A stretch of 41,474 nt of DNA from Planctomycetota bacterium. Lineage in GTDB: Bacteria > Planctomycetota > Planctomycetia > Pirellulales > Pirellulaceae. The notes under the pieces were generated by a model. The model had not been told where the DNA came from. It worked only from the letters and a program-made list of their open reading frames with translations, and did not search any database. Below, piece by piece: positions 27,205-34,900 of this stretch. Position 1 is the stretch's first letter. Every line of letters starts with the position of its first letter. The DNA is taken from positions 1 through 41,474 of the forward strand of contig JAYVKA010000121.1 in assembly GCA_043768885.1 (NCBI GenBank), written 5' to 3'. The translations under genes were made by a program, and so were the position numbers.

Positions 27205-27496
27205 CCGCTGCCTCCGAGTTCAGTAAATTTCCGCGAATAATTGGACAGTTGGCCGATTCCGAATGTCGGGAATGAATGGGTTTTTCCAATCCCTTGTTGC
27301 AATAGGCAGCCAATTCCGCTTTTCTGCCGGTGAATATAGCCGAATTTCAACAGGAAAGTGGGGATTGCCGCCGTTTCGGAATAGACTGGATTGCTGCTGG
27401 CTTTCCAATTGGAATCCCAATGAATTTGCCTGGCACGGTCTCGGCGGGAATAATCCAGCCTCTTACCCATTTTGACGCCCCATCTTTCCCACATTT

Positions 27497-27727
27497 ATGC
27501 TGAAAAAGCTCGACAGCCAGAATACTGGAAGCGACGAAGTCGAAACTGGACTTCCGATTGGTAAAGCCAAAGTGCGCCATTGCCAACATTGTTGGCGTGA
27601 GGATGTTCATCACCCGGTTCGATGGTCTCCAGTGGTTATGGGTTTTCTAACTGTGGCCACGTTCGGATTGATTTTTGTTGCCCGACCATCCCGTTGCACT
27701 TGCTGTGGAAACCTAAGGGCATTATGA
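27497..27727 (+). CDS. Small hypothetical protein (76 aa): CxxC ... hydrophobic segment ... CxCC
   Basis: ATG-initiated ORF in an otherwise unassigned 670-nt gap. It reads HCQHC (aa 28-32), then WSPVVMGFLTVATFGLIFV, then RCTCCG. No clear SD is present. Coding status is uncertain. Confidence 0.3.
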   Translation: MLKKLDSQNTGSDEVETGLPIGKAKVRHCQHCWREDVHHPVRWSPVVMGFLTVATFGLIFVARPSRCTCCGNLRAL

Positions 27728-27874
27728 ATTCGGACTTGCGTTCCAATCTTGGTCTGCGGTTTTGGCCACAACCTGTTTCCGGTTCGGATTCGGGGAAACT
27801 ACAATTACCCCTCTCCCATCAATGTTTCAGATTCAATCGCTGAACATTCCCATGTGTAACCGAATCCAAGCTCA

Positions 27875-28858
27875 ATGTCCAATTCAGGTCCAGGCAAAAT
27901 TGTCGATCTCGACCAGGCCACTCGCCTTTTGAAATCAGGAGAGCTGGTCGCGTTTCCAACCGAAACCGTTTACGGCCTGGGTGCCGACGCACTCAACAAA
28001 TCTGCCGTTGCAAAAATCTTTTCCACAAAGGGTCGACCGGAAAACCATCCACTGATCGTTCACGTCGCGGACTTTCAGGTCGCAAGAACCTGGTCGGCCG
28101 GTTTCAGCGAATCAGCAGTTCGGCTTGCAAAAAAATTCTGGCCTGGGCCGCTTACATTGATCGTGAAACGCGCGGACTTCGTGCCGCCCCGGGTTACCGG
28201 CGGTCAGGACACGGTCGGACTGCGGGTTCCGGCTCATCCCGTCGCACAACAATTGTTGGTGCAATTTGGTGGCGGCATCGCCGGCCCCAGCGCAAACCGT
28301 TTCGGAAAAGTCAGTCCGACATCGGCACAGGATGTCGTGGAAGAATTTGCGGGAATTCCCCTTGCGGTTTTGGACGGCGGGAAAAGTACAGTTGGAATAG
28401 AATCCACAATCGTGGACTGTTCGGGAAACAGCCTCGCCATACTTCGCCCCGGCTTTGTCACCGCAGAACAGATTTTCGAATGCCTCGGGATTATGCCTCG
28501 CGGACGGGAGAACGATTCGCCCCGAACCGCAGGAACCCACAAGTCCCACTACGCCCCAAACGCCAAAGTCATCCTTCTGCCCGAGGACGAAGTCGATGCG
28601 TTTTTTCTGCAGACGACCCGGTCGGAATCAAACCGGTATTTGGCCTGTTTTTCAGGGCGTCCGCCCCAGGGGAAAAACATTGTCTGGCACCCGGTCCCTG
28701 ACGATCCTGCGGAACTTGCCAATCAGTTATATTCATTGTTCCGGCAGGCCGACGCGGAGAACTTCACGCACGTCGTGTTCGTTCAACCCGAACAAAAAGG
28801 GGTTGGCACGGCGGTTGCCGACCGGTTGAATCGCGCCGCGGCCCGGTTCAACGGTTAA
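27875..28858 (+). CDS. tsaC: L-threonylcarbamoyladenylate synthase (Sua5/YwlC-type TsaC with a C-terminal SUA5 domain)
   Basis: FPTETVYGLGADA, KGRPENHPLIVHV, FWPGPLTLI, TVGLRVPAHP and ANRFGKVSPT make up a YrdC domain. A roughly 120-aa Sua5 C-terminal extension follows. Confidence 0.9.
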   Translation: MSNSGPGKIVDLDQATRLLKSGELVAFPTETVYGLGADALNKSAVAKIFSTKGRPENHPLIVHVADFQVARTWSAGFSESAVRLAKKFWPGPLTLIVKRADFVPPRVTGGQDTVGLRVPAHPVAQQLLVQFGGGIAGPSANRFGKVSPTSAQDVVEEFAGIPLAVLDGGKSTVGIESTIVDCSGNSLAILRPGFVTAEQIFECLGIMPRGRENDSPRTAGTHKSHYAPNAKVILLPEDEVDAFFLQTTRSESNRYLACFSGRPPQGKNIVWHPVPDDPAELANQLYSLFRQADAENFTHVVFVQPEQKGVGTAVADRLNRAAARFNG

Positions 28859-28906
28859 CAGGCTGTCCATTTGCGAACAACGGCGTTCATTCACAGGAGA
28901 CTAACT

Positions 28907-29227
28907 TTGTCGCGACTGGAAAAACTTCAGGAAATGCTCGCGCTCGATCCGGGCGATACGTTTTTGCAATACGCCATTTCCATGGAACACAAAAGTGCCG
29001 GCAACATCGAAGAAGGCGAGGCCGGATTTCGCAAACTGATGCAAAACTCGCCTCCCTACGTCCCGGCCTTTTTCTTGCTCGGCCAGATGCTTGCCGGTGA
29101 AGACCGAATTGATGATGCCCGCACTGTCCTCCGCAATGGCATCGAACAGGCACGATCACAAGCCGACTGGCACGCAGCAGGAGAAATGAGCGAATTCCTC
29201 ACGTCACTCGGAGAGCTTGGCGAGTAA
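28907..29227 (+). CDS. Small TPR-like helical repeat protein
   Basis: Helical repeat pattern (LALDPGDTFLQYAISMEHKSAGNIEEGEAGFRKLMQNSPPYVPAFFLLGQMLAGEDRIDDA). The TTG at 28907 has AGGAG (28895-99) 7 nt upstream. The listed TTG at 28871 is less well supported. Confidence 0.55.
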   Translation: MSRLEKLQEMLALDPGDTFLQYAISMEHKSAGNIEEGEAGFRKLMQNSPPYVPAFFLLGQMLAGEDRIDDARTVLRNGIEQARSQADWHAAGEMSEFLTSLGELGE

Positions 29228-29279
29228 GTGTGGATGATTCAAGCCGTTTCACGGAATTCGAATCACAATCTTCTATCGA

Positions 29280-29630
29280 CTAACGGCCCTTATTGAGCCA
29301 TGCCGAGAACTCGCCTCGTGAGGGTGGGTTGGGCATCCAGGAAGTGTCTGGCAGCGGCGTTTTCATGGCCACATCGACCGTTAGCCAACCGCGCTTCAGA
29401 GGCATGTGACTGATGGTTCCCTTGCGGGTCGTCCAGGCGAAAGATTTTTTCTTCTCGGATTCCATGGCAACAGCCAGCGTCGTACGAACGGCCTGTGAAA
29501 CGTATTCGAACACGGTCTCGAAATCCCCTTCGGCCCAAAGCGAAGGCGCTTCGAATCCCTCGACACCGGCCATTTTCCCAGGCAAACCAAGTCCGGCAGC
29601 GGCGTTCTTGAGTGCCACGGGAAGCGTCAT
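29280..29630 (-). CDS. Hypothetical protein (116 aa)
   Basis: ATG at 29630 (MTLPVALKNAAAGLG...). The listed longer ORF, to 29807, would read through three stem-loops and into the upstream gene, so the short form is preferred. I recognise no family. Confidence 0.45.
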   Translation of the reverse strand: MTLPVALKNAAAGLGLPGKMAGVEGFEAPSLWAEGDFETVFEYVSQAVRTTLAVAMESEKKKSFAWTTRKGTISHMPLKRGWLTVDVAMKTPLPDTSWMPNPPSRGEFSAWLNKGR

Positions 29631-29656
29631 TGTTGGTGGCGAGCCAGTAGAATGTG

Positions 29657-29724
29657 GCCGTTTCTGCTGCCTTCCTTTTTCGATTCGCTGGCGCTCATCG
29701 AAAAAGGAAGGCAGCAGAAACCCC
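29657..29724. repeat. Perfect 20-bp inverted repeat (24 bp with extension) forming a long stem-loop
   Basis: tttctgctgccttccttttt (29661-80) is the exact reverse complement of aaaaaggaaggcagcagaaa (29701-20). The loop ends cgat/atcg add 4 more pairs, leaving a 12-nt loop. Confidence 0.85.
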
Positions 29725-29772
29725 TTGCAGGGGGCCCAGTGAATGAACCCGAATCGTAATAGTTCGGGTTCA

Positions 29773-30195
29773 CTAACTTCGTAAGACTTCGGGTTCAGGG
29801 ACAGCAACCAATATGCAAGCCAATCCCGCGCAGATCGCAGGCAAAACTGTACCGAAAGATGCCTGGTTTCCCAGCATCGCCGAAAACCCCAACCCTATTC
29901 CTCCGCCTAACGGGATGGCCATGAGCAAGCGAAGTGGTCGCCGGATGTTCTGCGGACGGCCAGTCTTTCGCGACTGTCCGAACGTTGCCAAATCCAGACC
30001 ATCCAGCAATTCAACAACTTCTTCCAGCCGGTTTCGCGGAACCAGAATTCTTGATTTCCTGGGCTCGTCTGCAATCACGTGATACTCAATTCCAAATGCT
30101 TCCAGCCGACCGATACTGCATCTGGCCTTTGATGAATCAGCAACAATCGCCGTACGCCATTGGCGATCTTCGGATTTATCAACGAGTAATGCCAT
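29773..30195 (-). CDS. Hypothetical membrane protein: small N-terminal soluble domain plus C-terminal TM helices
   Basis: MALLVDKSEDRQWRTAIVADSSKARCSIGRLEAFGIEYHVI... is followed by LLMAIPLGGGIGLGFSAML and VLPAICAGLACILVAV. The gene is on the same strand as the GT2 gene and 78 nt downstream of it. Confidence 0.5.
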   Translation of the reverse strand: MALLVDKSEDRQWRTAIVADSSKARCSIGRLEAFGIEYHVIADEPRKSRILVPRNRLEEVVELLDGLDLATFGQSRKTGRPQNIRRPLRLLMAIPLGGGIGLGFSAMLGNQASFGTVLPAICAGLACILVAVPEPEVLRS

Positions 30196-30279
30196 GGTCA
30201 ATCCCGGACAAGTGATTCAGCGTCCCTGTCCCATGATAACCAGGAACAACGAATGGCAAATACCAGACCGATTTGAGCT

Positions 30280-31197
30280 TCAAACCTGCTCCCGACGATC
30301 ACCAATTTGAAGTCGCTGTCCTCGGGCCAAACCTGCGCGGGCCAAGTGACCGAGCCAGACGGGTGAACCGGCGATGCCCCGTTTCAGCTGATACATCAAC
30401 CGGTTCCAGTATTCCTGAACCCACAGGCTGGTCCTGCTCTTCGTCCATGGATTTCCCTTCGCTGCGAGTATTTTTCCCTGACCAACGAAATAATCGTGGA
30501 CGTATTTTGACGACGCCCGTTCTGGCGGAATCAGGTGATCGACATGGGCATCGGGGACCCATCTTCCAGTCATTCCCTGGCTGCACAATCGCCGAAGCAG
30601 TTCCAATTCGTCTTCGCCGACACACGCGGTTCCGCGGCGCCCCAGCGATGTCGAAAAGAGATTCGCCCGCTGAATGTCCCCACGCACCGCAAAATTGGCC
30701 CCGTAGGGCAAGCGGGTCTCGTCAAGCTCAATCGGTTCCTCTCCCAGGTCCCGTTCTGCAAAACAGCCCCGTAGCGTATTCCAATTCGTGTCAATCCAGT
30801 CCGGTTGCCCATTCGTAAACAACGGACGAATCGCGCCGCCAAAGAATGCTGCTTCCGGAAACCGGTGCGCGACCCGGACGAAATTCCAAAGCCAATCCGG
30901 CGATACAACTACATCATCATCCGTCCAAAGGATCAGGTCGGCTACCGATTTTTGGACAGCCAGGTTCCTCGCATGAGTGTGTCCCTGTTTTGTCTCGACC
31001 GCCGTGACCAGGGGCAATCGGTCCCGAAACAAATCAAGGACTTCGCCAGTCGAGTCGTTCGAGTTATTGTCGATGACGATTGCCTGCCAGGGACAACCGT
31101 CGGGAACCCGGAGGCGACAAAGTGAATCGAGCGTTTGTCGCAGCAAATCGGCGCGGTTCCAGGTGCAAATCGCAATATCAACAGAACCGACAGTCAT
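30280..31197 (-). CDS. Glycosyltransferase family 2 (GT-A)
   Basis: VDIAICTWNRADLLRQTLDSL, VIDNNSNDSTGEVL, ARNLAVQKSVADLILWTDDDVVVSPDWL (DxD), and a GANFAVR-type acceptor loop. Confidence 0.85.
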   Translation of the reverse strand: MTVGSVDIAICTWNRADLLRQTLDSLCRLRVPDGCPWQAIVIDNNSNDSTGEVLDLFRDRLPLVTAVETKQGHTHARNLAVQKSVADLILWTDDDVVVSPDWLWNFVRVAHRFPEAAFFGGAIRPLFTNGQPDWIDTNWNTLRGCFAERDLGEEPIELDETRLPYGANFAVRGDIQRANLFSTSLGRRGTACVGEDELELLRRLCSQGMTGRWVPDAHVDHLIPPERASSKYVHDYFVGQGKILAAKGNPWTKSRTSLWVQEYWNRLMYQLKRGIAGSPVWLGHLARAGLARGQRLQIGDRREQV

Positions 31198-31247
31198 TTG
31201 GATTTCGATTTGCAGCGGAAATTGGAGCGATAAACAAGGAATCCATT

Positions 31248-32399
31248 CTAGCGTTTCGGTTCCAACAGTCGTTCCAGTCGCTTTGCAAACTCGGCAATCG
31301 GGTCCTTTGAATACCGCTCGCGGATTCGTTTACCTGCCAACTCGCCCATCTCCTGCCATCGATCACGACTGTTCCACGCCCGTTCGAGCGCCTGGTCCAG
31401 CAAATCAATCGTCGCGCCAGGAGCTATAAATCCCGACAATCCATCGTCAATTAATTCCCGGTTGCGGCCGGTATCCGTCGTAATCGCCATTCGATTGCTC
31501 AGCATCGCTTCGACAACGACCAGGGCCGCCCCTTCATATCGCGACGGCAACAACAGTCCGTGGCACTGCTCCCAAATCTTTGACACCATGTTCTCGAATC
31601 CGGCAATCTTCAGCTGTTTCTCCAAACCGTAACGCGCAATCAGGTCCTTGAGTTGTCGTCCATTTCCCTGGTCGTGGCCGTAAAAATGGACCTCGATGTT
31701 ACGGTCCTTCCAGTGTGGCCTTCGCAAAACGTCGACGATCAAATCCTGCCCCTTGGATTGAAAGTGCAATCGTCCAACACAGGCCAACCGAAGCGTCCCG
31801 TCCGGCTCCGGCCAACGGACCTTTGCATTGCGATCGACATTAAACGGGTTGTCCACAATCTCGGAATTCGGAAGCTCCATCGCGAGATTGGTTTCCACCT
31901 TGTGGCGGTTTTCTTCGGAGACAAAAAACACACGGGCCGCGTTGCGATACCATTTGCGGTATTGCTCGACACAATCTCCCGGTATGAAAAAGAAGTTGCT
32001 CGCGCTTTGCACATTGATCGCGTAGGGAACGTTTGCCGCCATACATTCATCAGCCACATGAACGCGATCGGGATGATAGCCCAGCGTCGCCAATACCAGG
32101 TCTGGTTTGGTGCGAACGATCCAGCTGTCAGCGTTCTTTCCGTTTTTTCGTTTGCCAATCGATCGCAGGCGTTTTCGCTGAATCTGCCAAAAACTGGCGG
32201 GTTGGTCGCGATAAAAGAGCTCTCCGCCGTTCTCTTCAATTTGCTTTAGATGCCAGGCTGCCTCGGGCCACCATTTGAAATTGACGCAGATCGAATGTCC
32301 CTGCTTCTGCAACAGGCGCGCAGTCCGCCACCACAGCTCTTCGCTGCCTCCCCAGGAGACGCCGCTCATACAGGAATAAAAACCAATTTTCACTGGCAA
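31248..32399 (-). CDS. Glycosyltransferase family 4 (GT-B)
   Basis: C-terminal domain with an E-x7-E box: LLLPSRYEGAALVVVEAMLSNRMAITTDTGRNRELIDDGLSGFI. The start is a TTG at 32399 or a GTG at 32393. Confidence 0.85.
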   Translation of the reverse strand: MPVKIGFYSCMSGVSWGGSEELWWRTARLLQKQGHSICVNFKWWPEAAWHLKQIEENGGELFYRDQPASFWQIQRKRLRSIGKRKNGKNADSWIVRTKPDLVLATLGYHPDRVHVADECMAANVPYAINVQSASNFFFIPGDCVEQYRKWYRNAARVFFVSEENRHKVETNLAMELPNSEIVDNPFNVDRNAKVRWPEPDGTLRLACVGRLHFQSKGQDLIVDVLRRPHWKDRNIEVHFYGHDQGNGRQLKDLIARYGLEKQLKIAGFENMVSKIWEQCHGLLLPSRYEGAALVVVEAMLSNRMAITTDTGRNRELIDDGLSGFIAPGATIDLLDQALERAWNSRDRWQEMGELAGKRIRERYSKDPIAEFAKRLERLLEPKR

Positions 32400-32434
32400 A
32401 CCAAGGCAGACTTGTCAATTGTCGTTGGAAGTGG

Positions 32435-33265
32435 TCACTCAGCTTCTGGTCCGGACGGCTGCGAAGTTGCATCCGAACCGGAGTCGGCGTTCAGCAAACG
32501 GATCTCCGAACGCGGGCTGTTTTTGTTATCGGCAGGCTCGACACTTTTCGGCGGATTCACTTGGCTCTCCGGGATCCGGTACGATTTGACCGCGAAATCG
32601 TAAATGGACTTGAGAAGAGGATAATCGTGGTAAAACTGGGCCCGAAGGTGTCCTGGGATGACTTCATCGTACTCCGAAACGTTCAATAGCGGCACTTCGA
32701 TTCGGGGCATCCCCAGTATTTTGGCAAGGTTACAAACCGAATTATCGAGGTCTTCGACAATACCGATATAGATGAACCTTTTTGCCAACCGCTCCTGGTA
32801 GTTATCCAGAGTAATGTCCTGGGGGAAATGGTGAAACAGCCAGTATGGGTAACTTCGCAAGTAATCATCTACGGACGGGAACAGGCTTGAAAAATCGACC
32901 TGTTTGCCCCGGAACCAGAATCGCCCGGCGGAACTTCGCCCCTTTGCGAAAAAGTACATCGATACCGTCAGATCGAATGGATCTCGAAGCACCGTGAAAT
33001 ACTGATCGACTTCGGGATAGTAATAGGGCAAACCATATCCGCGACCGTGATTGAAATGTCCGTGAATGCACCGGACATCCGGACGCCAATTCCCGTTTTC
33101 GTCGCGGGTATCGACCTTGGGAAGCAAAATGTCCCTGGTCTCGTCCTGATTCAACTTGTGATAGCCGGTGCCAAACCACTTTTTGAGAACCTGAACGAAA
33201 CTCGTTCCCGCGCATTTTGGCACATGCGTGAAAATAACCGGTCGTTCTGGATCGTATTTTTTCAT
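32435..33265 (-). CDS. Sulfotransferase, Sulfotransfer_2-like (carbohydrate sulfotransferase type)
   Basis: 5'-PSB loop FTHVPKCAGTSF (aa 13-24, nt 33197-33230 in listed-ORF numbering) and a 3'-PB-like VLRDPFDLTVSMYFF. These match the motif pattern of PAPS-dependent 2-O/6-O-type sulfotransferases. The ATG at 33265 is the second codon of the listed ORF. Confidence 0.8.
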   Translation of the reverse strand: MKKYDPERPVIFTHVPKCAGTSFVQVLKKWFGTGYHKLNQDETRDILLPKVDTRDENGNWRPDVRCIHGHFNHGRGYGLPYYYPEVDQYFTVLRDPFDLTVSMYFFAKGRSSAGRFWFRGKQVDFSSLFPSVDDYLRSYPYWLFHHFPQDITLDNYQERLAKRFIYIGIVEDLDNSVCNLAKILGMPRIEVPLLNVSEYDEVIPGHLRAQFYHDYPLLKSIYDFAVKSYRIPESQVNPPKSVEPADNKNSPRSEIRLLNADSGSDATSQPSGPEAE

Positions 33266-33376
33266 CAAGCAATAAAGAGCTGTTGTCGCCGTTCGGCGGT
33301 CTGTTTCGTGTAGATTCGCCTAAAACGATTAAGCCCTCGTCACTGAATTGCGAGAGTGTAGACGAATCGGCGAAGT

Positions 33377-34732
33377 TCATGTTTCCTGCTCGTCATCATC
33401 GCGATTGGCTTCGTCGCCAATATCGACGTCGTTTTTCCTGAGGTAAGTCTTGAGTCTTTTCAGTCGTTGGCGCATATCCAGATTGCGGGCCAATAACGCG
33501 TCATTCCGGGCCACCAAGCGATCACAATGTTCCGCATTTGCGTCCATCTGTTGCAGAAGCCGGTTGTTTTCCTCGGGCAGTCCCTCGAGCCGACTGACCG
33601 CGAGGTTCAGCTCCGAAACCAGCCTTGCCCGGTCCGCATCCCGAAAATAATGGTTTTCGGGGAAAAGTGCTGCAAGGTCAAAGTCCGGTTCCACCTTCGA
33701 AAATCCCCGACTCGTATCTTCCAGTATTCGATGCGGCAGTTTCAACGGACGCCCCCGCGATCTGGCGAGTTCCCCCGCGTCGATCATCCGGGCAATCAGT
33801 TCGACCATGCGTGGAGTTGCAGGCGATTGACATTCCAATTGGTCGTGAAGCACCGAATTCTGAAACAACATTTTCGGTGCCGGTGGGTTGGCCAATTCCT
33901 GAAGCGTTGAATTCAAATGCTTGGGAGCATTGATCATCCAGGCAGACGGAACAAAATGCGGCTTGTTATGAAAATCCAACAATGCCGTCGGTCGCCCCTT
34001 CAGGATACTTTCCAGGAATACAGTCGATGGCGTAACGATCACTGCATCGCTCGAATCAATCGCAACGGACAAGCCAGGTCGTTCGTCGGGGTTGGTTTCC
34101 GGCAGTCCCAGTTCCCGTTCCAATCCATCAGTCAGTCGCCATTCCACACGCGTCGGTCGGCCATCAATCAACGGATTTTGTTCGAACCGTTGTTGAATCA
34201 ACTGCAAGGACTCGATTACTGCCTGACGTTGCCGTTCTCCAAACGAAGGCGTACTGGCTGTCGCAATCAGCAGTCGAAACTCACCATCCGTGCGAAGGGG
34301 TGCCGGGGTTTGCGACAGTAGTCCATCCAGCCGCGGCAAACCCACCGATTCACATTTTCCAATATTCCCCCAGGATTCAATGGCTCGAACCTGTCCCCGG
34401 CCAAGGCACGCGAGTTTATGTCCCATTAACGGCTGAAAAACACTTCCATCTCCCAAATCGGGATGTTCGAAAATGTTTCGGTATTCGAGAATTCCATCTG
34501 CCAGAACAAGCACCGGAATGTTTCCCGCCTCCGTGACGCGTCGAAGTGCCTGGACGTCTTCCCACCGGTAATGCATATGGGAAATGACAATCGCAGCGTC
34601 GTCAGGCACTGGCCACGATGCCGGAAAATCACCGACGATTTCCACTGGAACGGGCAAACTGTCCAGCCACGGCAAATACAGCTGGCTCTTCCTGGCGAAT
34701 CGACAAAGTACGTAGGCCTTCCTACCACTCAT
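33377..34732 (-). CDS. Hypothetical protein: GT-B-like/capsule-biosynthesis-like body with a C-terminal coiled coil and an acidic tail
   Basis: ...SVGLPRLD..., FRLLIATASTPSF and AIDSSDAVIVTPSTVFLESILKGRPTALLD resemble the donor-binding half of GT-B enzymes. The last roughly 90 aa are heptad-like (LVSELNLAVSRLEGLPEENNRLLQQMDANAEHCDRLVARNDALLARNLDMRQRLKRLKTYL) and end in DDDEQET. The ATG at 34732 is preferred. Confidence 0.6.
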   Translation of the reverse strand: MSGRKAYVLCRFARKSQLYLPWLDSLPVPVEIVGDFPASWPVPDDAAIVISHMHYRWEDVQALRRVTEAGNIPVLVLADGILEYRNIFEHPDLGDGSVFQPLMGHKLACLGRGQVRAIESWGNIGKCESVGLPRLDGLLSQTPAPLRTDGEFRLLIATASTPSFGERQRQAVIESLQLIQQRFEQNPLIDGRPTRVEWRLTDGLERELGLPETNPDERPGLSVAIDSSDAVIVTPSTVFLESILKGRPTALLDFHNKPHFVPSAWMINAPKHLNSTLQELANPPAPKMLFQNSVLHDQLECQSPATPRMVELIARMIDAGELARSRGRPLKLPHRILEDTSRGFSKVEPDFDLAALFPENHYFRDADRARLVSELNLAVSRLEGLPEENNRLLQQMDANAEHCDRLVARNDALLARNLDMRQRLKRLKTYLRKNDVDIGDEANRDDDEQET

Positions 34733-34900
34733 ATTGAAAATCCGGGAAAGCGAACGATGTTCACACTTCGATGGCACAGCCTTCGCCAATACAGTCGTTC
34801 GCGAACGTGCATGATCTCCCTTTCACACTTCCAACTCAAATAAACCTTCAGCAGGGCGGGAACAACCTGCACCAAAAATGCCTTTTCAGCTGGTTTCGTA

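Noticed and set aside
27201-27613. Minus-strand ORFs of 97 aa (27201-27494) and 88 aa (27347-27613) in the gap after the thioesterase.
   Set aside because: They have no motifs, overlap each other and the thioesterase stop, have no SD, and have a composition unlike neighbouring genes. They were left unannotated.
29631-29807. The long form of the 175-aa ORF (29280-29807).
   Set aside because: It would translate straight through three perfect stem-loops and overlap the stop of the upstream gene. The internal ATG at 29630 gives a cleaner gene.
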